This document shows, in pieces, positions 47,559 through 63,319 of a stretch of DNA of 64,000 bases. How positions within the stretch are numbered: position 1 is the first letter of the stretch; the number at the start of each line of letters is the position of its first letter. The notes under the pieces were generated by a model. That model made no database searches. It worked only from the letters and a program-made list of their open reading frames with translations, and was not told the origin of the DNA. The DNA lies in assembly GCA_950097015.1 (NCBI GenBank), contig CATNEN010000005.1, positions 4,092,001 through 4,156,000 on the forward strand, in the 5' to 3' direction. Both the position numbers and the translations under genes were made by a program. The stretch is from Macrostomum hystrix. Taxonomy: Eukaryota; Animalia; Platyhelminthes.

Positions 47559-49553
47559 ATGCAGGCCCTAATCTCAACAAATGTTTGGCCAATCCGTTTG
47601 ATCCCAGCCGATAGTCGAAAGGCTGCAGCCGCTGCTGCGGCCATCGCTGGTGCCTCATTGGCCGCGCTGTGGCTTGTTAGACGCCTGAAGCGCAGAGCTC
47701 GTCTGCCGCCGGGTCCTCGCGGTTGGCCTCTGATTGGCAATGTTGAACTGTTCAATTCCAAGGGCAGGGATGCAGTACTGGGCAATATTGACAGACTAGC
47801 CGACAAGTACGGCGACATGGCCACTGTTCGCTTTGGACCGCTAAAGTTCGTTCTGGTCTTCAATCCGAAGCTTGTACAAGACGGCCTTCTGAGCAAGCAA
47901 TTGACCAATAGGTTCTCCAGCTTCTTCTCGTTGAATTACTTCACGGAGGGCATGAACAACATCTTCGCTGGTCCGAACTCTGAGCGATGGCGTTATCATC
48001 GAAAGTGTTCGTATTCAGCATTCAGGGTGTTCGCCCAGGGAGACCGTCTGGAGCAGTTCGTTGTCGACTCTTTCGACAGCGTGTCCAAGTATTTTCTTGA
48101 CCACGGCGATGAGTACAAAGACCTGTACGAGACTATGTACTTGCTGATCTACAATCTGCAGTGTCGGATGACATTCAGCTCGGAGTACACTCCGCAGGAT
48201 CCGGAATTTCTCTGGCTTCGTGGCACCATCGAATATTTGAATACGGGCTTCCAGAAGGGCGTACTAATTGACTCTCTTCCGATACTGCGCTTTCTACCGT
48301 TCAAGAGCTGCCGCGGCGTTATCGACGCCACCGACGGCCTGCTGAGTTGGGCTAAGAATTTGTGCGAAAAACGGCGAAGCGTCTTCAATCCTAGCGAGCT
48401 TAACGACATCTTGGACTATCTGATTCACGAACAGAGACAAGCCATTGCGGCTGGCGAAGGGTGAGTCAGCCTGAGTTTCGAAAACTCCATACTACACTAT
48501 TATCACTGCTGTACTCTTGAAGACAAGGAGGTGAGTGGCAGAGTGGCCTCTCGCACCAAGGTCCTGAGCTCGATTTCGCAGCGAGGCGGAGAGAAGGCTT
48601 TGAGGGCTTGTCTTACAATTTACGCCCTTGAGGGCCAACCTTAAAGGCACAGGGAGAGTGTACACGTCTGACGATGAGAAAGTCAGGGCAGATGTACACG
48701 CCTGTGACGGCGACGAGCGTGTGCCTGCGTACGGTATCTGTGTGCGCGTGTGCTCAGGAGTCAGCGAAATTGGCAGAATTGCCTCCTCGCTGGCTGCAGG
48801 TCTAGTGTCACCAATTGATGCGAAATGGCTTTCAGTCTTGCAGTTATAATTATTATTAGACAAGACAATTTCATGGTGGAAAAAAATATTTCTAATTATT
48901 TTAGACACCTGTTTCAAGATGTTCACCTTCGGCAGACACTTCTCGACATTTTTACGGCCGGAACAGACACCACAAGCATGACCCTGTACTGGACCATGTG
49001 GGCCCTGTGCAGCTATCCAGAAATGCAGGAGCGCTGCTACGTCGAAGTCAATTCAGTTTTTGGCGATTCAACTCCGACAATTTCGGAGCGAAACCGGCTG
49101 CCCTACACCGACGCTTTCCTGCACGAGGTGATGCGTTACTGGCCGCTTGGTCCTCTGGTGCCTAGAGAGTCTACCGAGGACTATCAAATAGGCGACTACC
49201 TGCTGCCGCAGGGCACCCAGGTGATGTTGTCAACTTATCGATCGGCGTTCGATCCGTCTGTGTTCCCAGATCCCAAAAGCTTCAAGCCGGAGCATTTCCT
49301 CACAGATGACGGCAAGCTAGCCGCTCACAAGCAGGGCTTCCTGCCATTCGGCGCCGGAACTAGAGTCTGTCTGGGCGAGTCCATCGCCAAGAAGACCACT
49401 TTCCTTCTCACCATGCTGCTTGTGCAGTCGTTCAAGTTTATCCAGTGCCCCGAGTGCAAGGGCTTCGACGGTTACAGCGACGACGCTTCGCTATTGTTCG
49501 GCATGCCGAAACGGTTCAAGGTGCGAGTTGTGTCGCGCAAGAATAAAAAATAA
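47559..49553 (+). CDS. Cytochrome P450 (clan 2, CYP1/CYP2/CYP17-like), paralogue A, 2 exons
   Basis: Exons are 47559-48460 and 48905-49553 (phase 2). Motifs: TM anchor, PPGPRGWP, WRYHRK, AGTDTT (I-helix), EVMR (ExxR), FKPEHF and FGAGTRVCLGE (heme Cys). Confidence 0.93.
48528..48830 (+). mobile_element. SINE family B copy in the CYP-A intron
   Basis: It has a tRNA-like head with internal deletions, the hairpin gtctgacgatgagaaagtcagggcag and a 3' gcagaattgcctcctcgctggc. Confidence 0.85.
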
Positions 49554-50179
49554 CTTCGATTTTTGAAGAGTTGAGCTTTAATTGTTTATACATTTTTATT
49601 TATATCTGTTTTTATAATAGTTTTGCTAAAAGTAGTGGCAGACAACAAGAATTTAGTAAATTTTGACATTTTCGTTACACTACTGATAGTAAAAATATAA
49701 GAAGTTGATCGCAAAAAATATTTTCTATATTTTATCGCTAGGTAATTAAAACACTGCAGATGCCAATACTTTTGTTCCGCTACATTTTTATTCGCTCTTT
49801 TTAACGATATTATAATATTGTTAAAAAACTGTTTAATAGCTACTCACAAAATGTATTGCTTTTTATTTATCCCGGATTCTAGATTAGTTAGTTCAACCTT
49901 TTTATTTATTTACTCACAACTTATTCTGAAACATTTTTTGTTGATCTTAAAACCTTCAATGATTTAAATATCTTTTTATTTAAATAAAGTTCAGAACTTT
50001 TTGCCAATTGCAATTGTGTAGTCAAAGTTTTTCAAGATAATTATCTTGTTATTACCAGTTGCACTTTGAGAACTACTAAAATACAACCATATATATATAT
50101 ATATATTTCTTATGTCCTTCATCTTATTATTTTTTGTAGAGACAAAAAGCTTTAGATTAAACATATATAGGCATCATGT

Positions 50180-51125
50180 CATCTGTTAGACAATGCTCTC
50201 ACCTGTTAGACAATGCTCCTACCTGTTAGACAATGCTCCTACCTGTTAGACAATGCTCCTACCTGTTAGACAATGCTCCTACCTGTTAGACAATGCTGCT
50301 ACCTGTTAGACAACGCTCTCAACTGTTAGACTTTGCTCTCACCTGTTAGACAATACTCTTACATGTTAGACAATGCTTTTAAATGTTAGACAATGCTCCT
50401 ACCTGTTAAGACAATGCTCTCACCTATTAGACAATGCTCCTACCTGTTAGACAATCATCTCACCTGTTAGACAATGCACCTACCTGTTAGACAATCATCT
50501 CACCTGTTAGACAATGCTCACACCTGTTAGACAATGCTCCTACCTGTTAGACAATGCTCTCACCTGTTAGACAATGCTCCTACCTGTTTGACAATGCTCC
50601 TACCTGTTAGACAATGCTCTCACCTGTTAGACAATGCTACCACCTGTTAGACAATGTTCTCACCTGTTAGACAATCATCTCACCTGTTAGACAATGCTCC
50701 TACCTGTTAGACAATGCTCCTACCTGTTTGACAATGCTCCTACCTGTTAGACAATGCTACCACCTGTTAGACAATGCTCTCACCTGTTAGACAATGTTCT
50801 CACCTGTTAGACAATGCTCTCACCTGTTAGACAATGCTATCACCTGTTAGACAATGCTCCTACCTGTTAGACAATCATCTCACCTGTTAGACAATGCTCC
50901 TACCTGTTTGACAATGCTCCTACCTGTTAGACAATGCTACCACCTGTTAGACAATGCTACCACCTGTTAGACAATGCTCTCACCTATTAGACAATGCTCT
51001 CACCTGTTAGACAATGCTCTCACCTGTTAGACAATGCTCCTACCTGTTAGACAATCATCTCACCTGTTAGACAATGCTCCTACCTGTTAGACAATGCTCC
51101 TACCTGTTATACGATGCTCCTACCT
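50180..51125. repeat. 20-bp minisatellite (acctgttagacaatgctcct) immediately upstream of CYP-B
   Basis: About 47 units ending just before the ttttcag acceptor-like site at 51133-51139. Confidence 0.95.
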
Positions 51126-51147
51126 GTTACAATTTTCAGCTTCAAAC

Positions 51148-52827
51148 ATGCAACGCATTCCTGGCAATGCCTGGCTATCGGATTTGGTCTCAGCTAAGGA
51201 TCGACGAACTTTAGTCGCCGCAACAGCCGCTGTAGCCGTAGTATCAGTCGGTTCGCTCTATCTTGTGAAGTACATTAGGAATAGGATTCGATACCAACTA
51301 CCACCGGGTCCATTCGCCTGGCCGTTGCTAGGCACAATTGAAGCGCTCGGTATCAAAGGTCGCCAGGGGGCACAGGATCTGCCGGACAAGCTAGCTGATC
51401 AGTACGGCGATTTGGTCACAGTTTACATGGGAAACGTCGCCATGGTGCTGGTACTGAAACCCGATTTGGTGATCGAAGGCCTGCTAAGCAAGCAGCTGGC
51501 AAATAGATTTAGCGGGTTTTATTCGTTTAACTACATCACGGAGGGAAAAAACGACATCTTTCTGGCGCCAAACTCGGAGCGCTGGCGTTATCACCGCAAG
51601 CTGGCATTCTCAGCTTTCCGAGTGTTTGCTCAAGCTGATCGGTTGGAGCAGTTTGTTGTGGACTCATTCGACGGCGTGTCAAAGTACTTCCTTGAAATGG
51701 GCTCCGAGCCAAAGGACGTCTACGAGACCATCTACCTGCTGATCTACAATCTGCAGTGTCGCATGACCTTCAGCACGGAGTACACGCCTAAGGATCCGGA
51801 ATTTCTCTGGCTGCGAAACACCATGGAAGACTTCAACCAGCGCGCTCAGAAGGGAATCCTCATGGACCTGCTGCCGTTGCTAAGGTTTCTGCCTCTGCCT
51901 AGCAACCGGCAAGTCTTCAAACTGATGGACGGCCTACTTGACTGGGCCAGAAACTTGTGCGAAAGACGAAAGAGCAGTTTTAATCCTAACGAGCTCAACG
52001 ACATTCTCGACTTTCTAATCAAGGAGCAGAGAGACGCTGTTCAGTCTGGTCAGGGGTGAGTTTTCGTGGATTTTTAAAAAATTTTTTGTAAGTGAGCACC
52101 TTAGAAGATATTTCTTAGTAGGTGTGGATTTTCGAGTATTTTAACAGAATATACCCACAACAACTCACTCCATTCTAGACACTTGTTCCAGGATGTCCAC
52201 CTACGCCAGACCCTGTTGAACATCTTCACCGCTGGTACGGACACCACTAGCTTGACCCTGTACTGGACAGTTTGGGCACTTTGTGCTTATCCGGACATAC
52301 AGGAACGCTGCTACGCCGAAATCAATTCGGTGTTCGGCGATCGCACGCCGTTGATGTCCGAGAGACACCGTCTGCCGTACACTGACGCCTTCCTGCACGA
52401 GGTGATGCGCTTCTGGCCGCTAGTGCCACTGGTGCCGAGGGAGTGCTATGAAGAATGTCGCCTAGGCGACCACCTGCTGCCGGAGGGCACCCAGGTGATG
52501 CTGTCGACCTATCGCTGCCACTTCGACCCGGTAGCATTTCCAGATCCGCACAGTTTTAAGCCGGAGCATTTTCTAACCCAGGATGGCCAGTTGGCGCCGC
52601 ACAAGCGAGGCTTCTTAGCTTTCGGAGCTGGCACTCGAGTGTGCCTCGGCGAGACCATTGCTAAGAGGACCACATTTCTCATCACTACTCTGTTGATTCA
52701 GTCGTTCAAGTTTGTCCAATGTCCGGAGTACAAAGACTCCGATGGCTATAGTGACGACGCTATGTTGTTCTTTTCGCTGCCGAAGCGATTCAAAGTGCGC
52801 GTTTACTCGCGAAAGCCAACTAATTGA
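51148..52827 (+). CDS. Cytochrome P450 (clan 2-like), paralogue B, 2 exons
   Basis: Exons are 51148-52055 and 52179-52827, with the same intron position and phase as paralogue A. Motifs: PPGPFAWP, AGTDTT, EVMR, FKPEHF and FGAGTRVCLGE. Confidence 0.93.
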
Positions 52828-52899
52828 GTCTTCGAATCGGTTGAAGCTTGGATTTCGATTGCTGATTTAAAAAACTAACTTTGATTTATTTAATATTTC

Positions 52900-53190
52900 G
52901 CTCCAAGGTCTCATGAGCTCGATTCCGCGGCGAGGCCACAATGATTTGGGGCGCAGCCGCGGAGAGAAGGCTTGGGGGCTTGTCGTGCAATTTACGCCCT
53001 TGAGGGCCAACCTTAAAGGCACAGTGAGAGTGTACACTGTCTGACGATGAGAAAGTCAGGGCAGATGTACACAACTGTGTGAGTGTGTGCCTGAGTACAG
53101 TATCTGTGTGCATGCATGCTCAAGAGTCAGCGAAATTGGCAGAATTGCCTCCTCGCCGGCTGTGTGTTAAATTTCACCAATTTATGTGTC
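52900..53190 (+). mobile_element. SINE family B copy (5' truncated)
   Basis: It reads gagctcgattcc, ggggcgcagccgcggagagaaggc, a hairpin at 53030-53072 and a 3' gcagaattgcctcctcgccggc. Confidence 0.85.
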
Positions 53191-53384
53191 ATTACTTACA
53201 GCCCTCCTGCAAAAAAGATTTATTAAAAGAAAGATAAAGCTTATAATATTCCCATACTTTTTATCACATTTTTACAACGAAGCATTTTTTCGGACTTACT
53301 AATTTTGCTTTATTCAATATGAGCTTCTTTCACTTACACGACGGATAAAACTTAAAGTTGGCTAATCAGAGAGCTTATTTCGGA

Positions 53385-53565
53385 TGGACGGATAGAACTT
53401 TGGCCTCAGCCAATCAGATAGCTTGGTTGGGGTAGACGGATAGAACTTTGGCCTCAGCCAATCAGATAGCTTGGTTGGGGTAGACGGATAGAACTTTGGC
53501 CTCAGCCATTCAGATAGCTTGGTTGGGGTAGACGGATAGAACTTTGGCCTCAGCCAATCAGAGAG
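53385..53565. repeat. 48-bp tandem repeat containing CCAAT (gccaatcag)
   Basis: About 4 units of gacggatagaactttggcctcagccaatcagatagcttggttggggta. Confidence 0.85.
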
Positions 53566-54133
53566 CTTTGATAGGTAAACGGTAAGAAATTTCGCTTTAG
53601 CCAATAGTAGAGCTTAGCCACGGTGACGAAATTTTAGGGCAATAAGAATCAAGCAATAGAGTTAAAAATAAACAGTTAGTTATCTAAATTAATAAAACCT
53701 GTAATGCCAAAAAACCAGAATTCTTTAAAGTTTTTACTTTTACTTTACACCGTTCCAATGAGGACGTGACATTTGTATTAAGTTTAATATGATATGTACT
53801 TTTTTATTTCATTCTTCCTCTGCATAAGTCTCCTCCGAATTGAACTTTACAGAATGATTTTAGTTTTTCAAATTTTTCCTAAAGTGTTTCCTGATTGTCT
53901 TATTCCGAATGGCTTCTAGATAAAAAACGATGATTCTACGCAAAAATAAATTGCGAAAAATGGACCAAGGAAACGTTATGATTCAATTTATCAGACTATT
54001 ATTACGAGCTATAAACCCAGAAATTAGTATATTTGTAGTGTCAAACTGATTGATTAATAAATTAATTCGCTAATTCAAAGCGTTAAGTCCAACAAAGCGA
54101 GTTTCTTAAGTCCAAAAATTTCTAGCCGTCGAA

Positions 54134-56909
<2,776 letters not shown>

Positions 56910-57449
56910 GTTTGAGATTTGATCACCAGTTCAGGCTTTTCAGTGGTCTGAGCAGAACTAGTTCTCAAGTTTCAAATCAACCCGTATGGCTTAGCTCGTT
57001 GATTTGCAACCCCCTATTTATTGCCTCTCTCTCCTCTCTATTCTATCAATTCGCACATGGCAACGTTATCTTGAACTCTTTGCCTTCTCTCTCTCCCTCT
57101 CTGCAGGTCTCTCTGAGATTGGAGTTCTGCAGTCAAGGCCCTATCAAATCAAAGATTTGTGCACGAGTTACTCATAAAAACAGTGCAGAGATTACTAATT
57201 CGATGCAGATACCACCTGCCTGTTACGTCAAGAGCCTTTTAACTTAATTACTTCTGGTGACATTTGCGCTAATAAATGCTCAGGTGAAGCACGTTAATTG
57301 ATTGTACAATTATAAACTTTCATGTCAGTGCCTTACAATAAGTAGCTCAATTGTAATCAATTCGTGCGCCCGTGTACTTATTTGCATGTTATTGCATCGT
57401 GTGCGATATTATCAAATCTGGCTTGGTTTGTTGGATATTGCCGAGGGGG

Positions 57450-58780
57450 GATTTGGGATGGATTGAGGGAGATTATCTTGAGGATTTGGGATGAAAAGGG
57501 AGATTATCTTGAGGATTTGGGATGAAAAGGGGAGTTTATCTGAAAGGATTTAGGATGAATAGGGAGTTTATCCGAGAGGATTTGGGATGAAAGGGGAGTT
57601 TATCCGAGAGGATTTGGGATGAAAGGGGAGTTTATCTGAGAGGATTTGGGATGAAAGGGGAGTTTATCCGAGAGGATTTGGGATGAAAGGGGAGTTTATC
57701 TGAAAGGATTTAGGATGAATAGGGAGTTTATCCGAGAGGATTTGGGATGAAAGGGGAGTTTATCCGAGAGGATTTGGGATGAAAGGGGAGTTTATCTGAA
57801 AGGATTTAGGATGAATAGGGAGTTTATCCGAGAGGATTTGGGATGAAAAGGGAGTTTATCTGAGAGAATTTGGAATAAAAGGGGAGATTATCTTAAAGGA
57901 TTTGGGATGAAAAGGGAGATTATCTTAGAGGATTTGGGATGAAAGGGGAGATTATCTGAGAGGATTTGGGATGAAAAGGGAGATTATCTGAGAGGATTTG
58001 GGATGAAAGAGGGAGATTATCTTGAGGATTTGGGATGAAAAGGGAGATTATCTTAGAGGATTTGGGATGAAAGGGGAGTTTATCTGAAAGGATTTAGGAT
58101 GAATAGGGAGTTTATCCGAGAGGATTTGGGATGAAAGGGGAGTTTATCCGAGAGGATTTGGGATGAAAGGGGAGTTTATCTGAAAGGATTTAGGATGAAT
58201 AGGGAGTTTATCCGAGAGGATTTGGGATGAAAAGGGAGTTTATCTGAGAGGATTTGGAATAAAAGGGGAGATTATCTTAAAGGATTTGGGATGAAAAGGG
58301 AGATTATCTGAAAGGATTTAGGATGAATAGGGAGTTTATCCGAGAGGATTTGGGATGAAAAGGGAGTTTATCTGAGAGGATTTGGAATAAAAGGGGAGAT
58401 TATCTTAAAGGATTTGGGATGAAAAGGGAGATTATCTTAGAGGATTTGGGATGAAAGGGGAGATTATCTGAGAGGATTTGGGATGAAAAGGGAGATTATC
58501 TGAGAGGATTTGGGATGAAAGAGGGAGATTATCTTAGAGGATTTGGGATGAAAGGGGAGATTATCTTAGAGGATTTAGGATGAAAGGGGAGATTATCTTA
58601 GAGGATTTGGGATGAAAGGGGAGATTATCTTAGAGGATTTGGGATGAAAGGGGAGATTATCTGAGAGGGTTTAGGATGAAAAGGGAGATTATCTTAGAGG
58701 ATTTAGGATGAAAGGGGAGATTATCTTAGAGGATTTGGGATGAAAAGAGAGATTATCTGAGAGGATTTGGGATGATGTGA
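57450..58780. repeat. About 32-bp G-rich minisatellite (gaggatttgggatgaaaggggagtttatccga)
   Basis: About 41 variant units. Confidence 0.93.
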
Positions 58781-59743
58781 GGGAGATTACGCTCGTACCT
58801 TAGAGACATCATTTACATTAATAAACGCAGCAAAACAACAATTGTGTTTCATAGAAAATCTCTCCTGCAGTCTGAAACAAAAAACTAAAATATATTTGCA
58901 CCAGCATAACCTTTTCTATTTTAAATAACAATATAACGGAGGTCGCGGTAGTCAGTATATGCGTAAAAAGAATGCCCTATATGTAGCGAAATAAAAAGCA
59001 GTATTTGGGATTTTACGAGCGAATCAAAATTAACAAAAATTGCACTAAAATATACTGGCATACCACTATGACATGTTGGAGGAAAGTGTTATTTATTCAG
59101 AATTAAACTACGAGTATAAACAAGAAATTGTGATACACAAATTCCATAAAAGAAGATGGACTAAATTAGGCAATAAAATCACCAATGACCGTTTGCTTCA
59201 AACACTACTGACTAGTAATGTTGGGTGAACCGAAATCGATCTTGTCGATATGCGTAGCAAAAAATTATCGAGCTAATATAGACAAAAATAGCATTTGCAG
59301 AATGGCGATAAAGGCTTGATTTTCTCGAATTATAACTGGAAATCAGTAAATCAATAATAAATTATCGAGCTTCTGATTATTAAAAAACATCTAATTGAGA
59401 TCAGGAGTCTATTTTTTTAAACTATTTCCGATTTGCTAACGCCAGTATTAGCAGTCTATGATGCTGTTCTATTTTTAGAAACAGCCTTTGATTGGCTGAT
59501 GTTGTACCTTCTATGACGATGTTCTATTTTTAGAAACAACCTTTGATTGGCTGGTATAGAACCTTCTATGACATTAAAAGAGTATATTGATTGGTCAAAC
59601 CTTAAATCCAACTCTGATTTGAACTTGTTCAAATGAAATTTATCAGAATGAAAAGCTTTTTTACGTAATCGACAGTCGAAGCTGCCTTTGTTATTCTGAG
59701 CAAATTCGAAAAATCTGCATGTTTATACTCCTAGTAGGTACTT

Positions 59744-62500
59744 TTAGTTAAACATATGTTGCGTGCCTCTATTTTGTCGTCCGGGTTTGCTACTTGCATT
59801 CTGCTGCTGCGATTTTGGTTGTTGCTGCTGCTGCTGCGTACGCCTCTGTCTCTGCCTTGCCGCCGCTGATGATACAGGAATTCCGCTGTTGCCAAGAGGC
59901 GACAGTGGAGGCGGCGGATAAGGTGCGTTTGATTTGGCCGCAGCTGAGGATGAAAATTTTGGCGACGTTATTTGAGACTGCGGTGACTGCGGTGGCGGCT
60001 GACGTGCCGGCAGCAGCGGCGGCGCCGGCTGAGGCGGAGGCGGGGGAGAACTTGTCGACGCCGACGAGGAGTCTGCGCCGCCCGGTCCTTCGCCATCGTC
60101 GCCGCTGCAGAATCGACGTCGTTCAATGCGCACCGGTGGTGGCGCTGTCGCTGACTTCGCTGTCGCCGCCGACGCCACCGCGGCTGCGGCTGCGGCAGAC
60201 TCATTGCTGACGTCTTCCTCCTCGGCTATTTCTCCTCCGTTGTCCTGATCGTCTGTTGTTTCGCTAGACGAATCGTCGGATAAAATCAGGAAACGATCGC
60301 CCAGGAGCTCCGTGTCGCTGCAAACCGATGGTCGGTTTAGTCGCACTCGATGTCTCTGCAGGCGGTCTCTGGCCGTTAAAAAAGTTTCCAAATCCAACGC
60401 GTGCGGCGGCATCGTCAACGGCAACGGTAGAAGATCGTCGATTGACGACACTCCTGCCGCCGCAGCGGACGTTGTAGCCGCATTTGAGGCGACAGTGCCG
60501 ACTGCGGCAGCGCTTGAAAACTTGTCCGTGTTGCCACCGGCAATCGACGTCTTTCCGGTGCTGTTCGACGTCGCAGCCGCAGCGGCAGCCGTCGCGCCAC
60601 CGTCTGGCGGTCCTCTTGAGAAGTCCAGTGTGTAATAGAGCTTGCTGTCGCCAGTCGCATTCGCTCCCGAAGCTGCCGGCTGGGTTGTCTGTCCAGACGA
60701 CCGTCCAGGTGGAAATAGTGCCGGCGGACATTGCGAGTAGGTGTACGCGTCACCCGACAGTCTAGACACGGCCGCCTGCAGGGCTGCTAGACGATCGGAG
60801 TCGCGAGCCGCAATGCCAGATCGTTGCTGCTGCTGTTGTTGTTGATGCTGATGCTGATGCTGCTGCTGCTGCTGCAATCGCAGGCATCCTCTGTCCTGCA
60901 GGAACTGTGGCTCGATCGTATGAGTGAGCAGGCTCACGAGTCCAGTGGTTAGCTGCTGATTTACTCGTTCAACCTCCGACAGGCGCTCGCGAAGGTAGCG
61001 ACACTCGTCTGTCAGGTTCTGCATGCGAAGAATTCATTTAAGGTTGCTTAAGATACTACTTAACAGTAGAATTACCACGGGGGTAAATACCCACATTTTT
61101 TTTCTGTATCTCTGAAAATATTCAACGAAAATTCCAGAACACGGATTGTATCATAATGATCACTCTCTCACAATGATCACTCTCTCACAATGATCACTCT
61201 CTCACAATGATCACTCTCTCACAATGATCACTCTCTCACAATGATCACTCTCTCACAATGATCACTCTCTCACAATGATCACTCTCTCACAATGGTCACT
61301 CTCTCACAATGATCACTCTCTCACAATGGTCACTCTCTCACAATGATCACTCTCTCACAATGATCACTCTCTCACAATGGTCACTCTCTCACAATGGTCA
61401 CTCTCTCACAATGATCACTCTCTCACAATGGTCACTCTCTCACAATGATCACTCTCTCACAATGATCACTCTCTCACAATGGTCACGCTCTCACAATGAT
61501 CACTCTCTCACAATGGTCACTCTCTCACAATGGTCACTCTCTCACAATGATCACTCTCTCACAATGATCACTCTCTCACAATGATCACTCTCTCACAATG
61601 GTCACGCTCTCACAATGATCACTCTCTCACAATGATCACTCTCTCACAATGGTCACTCTCTCACAATGATCACTCTCTCACAATGATCACTCTCTCACAA
61701 TGGTCACTCTCTCACAATGATCACTCTCTCACAATGATCACTCTCTCACAATGATCACTCTCTCACAATGATCACTCTCTCACAATGGTCACTCTCTCAC
61801 AATGATCACTCTCTCACAATGATCACTCTCTCACAATGGTCACTCTCTCACAATGATCACTCTCTCACAATGATCACTCTCTCACAATGATCACTCTCTC
61901 ACAATGATCACTCTCTCACAATGATCACTCTCTCACAATGATCACGCTCTCACAATGGTCACTCTCTCACAATGGTCACTCTCTCACAATGGTCACTCTC
62001 TCACAATGGTCACTCTCTCACAATGATCACTCTCTCACAATGATCACTCTCTCACAATGGTCACGCTCTCACAATGATCACTCTCTCACAATGGTCACTC
62101 TCTCACAATGGTCACTCTCTCACAATGATCACTCTCTCACAATGGTCACTCTCTCACAATGATCACTCTCTCACAATGATCACTCTTTCACAATGGTCAC
62201 TCTCTCACAATGGTCACGCTCTCACAATGATCACTCTCTCACAATGATCACTCTCTCACAATGGTCACTCCCAGACAAAAGCACGCTAGGCCCCAATGGG
62301 ACTTCGTAACCCCCAACCTTCTGGATGAGGGTGTTCTGAATCAGCTGGTTCGCCAGCTCGTCAGTGAATCGGCCAGCCTGAAGCAGCTCCTGGCGAAGGA
62401 GGGCATTCTCCCGCTCGGCGGATTGCAGACGTTGCTCACAGCCGATGCGTTCGAGACGGTCAAGACGCGTGCGAGCTGTTGAACTGCCCGACGATGCCAC
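59744..62500 (-). CDS. NCKAP5: NCKAP5-like coiled-coil protein, last two exons (5' end not identified)
   Basis: Exon 62500-62318 joins in phase 0 to 61018-59744. The junction reads DELANQLIQNTLIQK|NLTDECRYLRERLSEVERVNQQL, in register with the NCKAP5 domain as I recall it (DEVANQVVQALLTQKDLREECVKLKTRVFDLEQQN). The rest is low complexity and the donor GTTGGG is weak. Confidence 0.55.
61157..62268. repeat. 17-bp minisatellite (tgatcactctctcacaa), NCKAP5-like intron
   Basis: About 65 units with tgatc/tggtc variants. Confidence 0.95.
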
Positions 62501-62524
62501 CTTGAATGATGTAAAATAGTGATC

Positions 62525-62960
62525 TCATTTAAATCCCATCCAAAGATCCCATTTGAATCGCATCCAAAGATCCCATTTGAATCCCATCCAAAGATCCCAT
62601 TTGAATCCCATCCAAAGATCCCATTTGAATCCCATCCAAAGATACCATTTGAATCCCATCCAAAGATCCCATTTGAATCCCATCCAAAGATCCCATTTGA
62701 GTCCCATACAAAGATCCCCTTTGAATCCCATCCAAAGAACCCATTTGAATCCCATCCAAAGATCCCATTTGAATCCCATCCAAAGATCCCATTTGAATCC
62801 CATCCAAAGATCCCATTTGAATCCCATCCAAAGATCCCATTTGAATCTCATCCAAAGATCCCCACACTGAATCCCATCCAAAGATCCCATTTGAATCCCA
62901 TCCAAAGATCCCATTTGAATCCTATCCGAAGATCCCGTTTGAATCCTATCCAACGAGCCA
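62525..62960. repeat. 24-bp minisatellite (atcccatccaaagatcccatttga)
   Basis: About 18 units abutting the acceptor at 62501-62502. Confidence 0.93.
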
Positions 62961-63319
62961 AAGTTCCTTAGACGGAATTCGTTTCATTTTCTACCCTGCC
63001 TGAAGTAACAACTCTGGTGTTGAAAATTGTACGCCGGAAAATTAGTTCGAATTTCTTAGCCAAAATTTTTATTACGCAGCAAAGTTTGCTAATAAAATTT
63101 CCTGTCAAGGGTGTACGGCGCTCCGTGTTTGTAAAATGTTAATTAGCATTCTGGTTAGGATTCTACGATAGTTTTTTTAGCACCCTCCGCGGGGTCACAT
63201 TTTAATTGGCTTATAAATGAAAAAGTGCAAAGTTTTGAACAACTTACCAAGCAAAATACAGTGTTCAACACTGAAAATAAACTAGAAATATACTATCGGA
63301 TTATTAGATTTCATCTCAA

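Noticed and set aside
63240-63285. Possible 23-nt upstream exon of the NCKAP5-like gene (ttttcag...TTG/gtaagt on minus)
   Set aside because: The splice signals are plausible, but there is no ATG or recognisable homology, so it was not included in the model.
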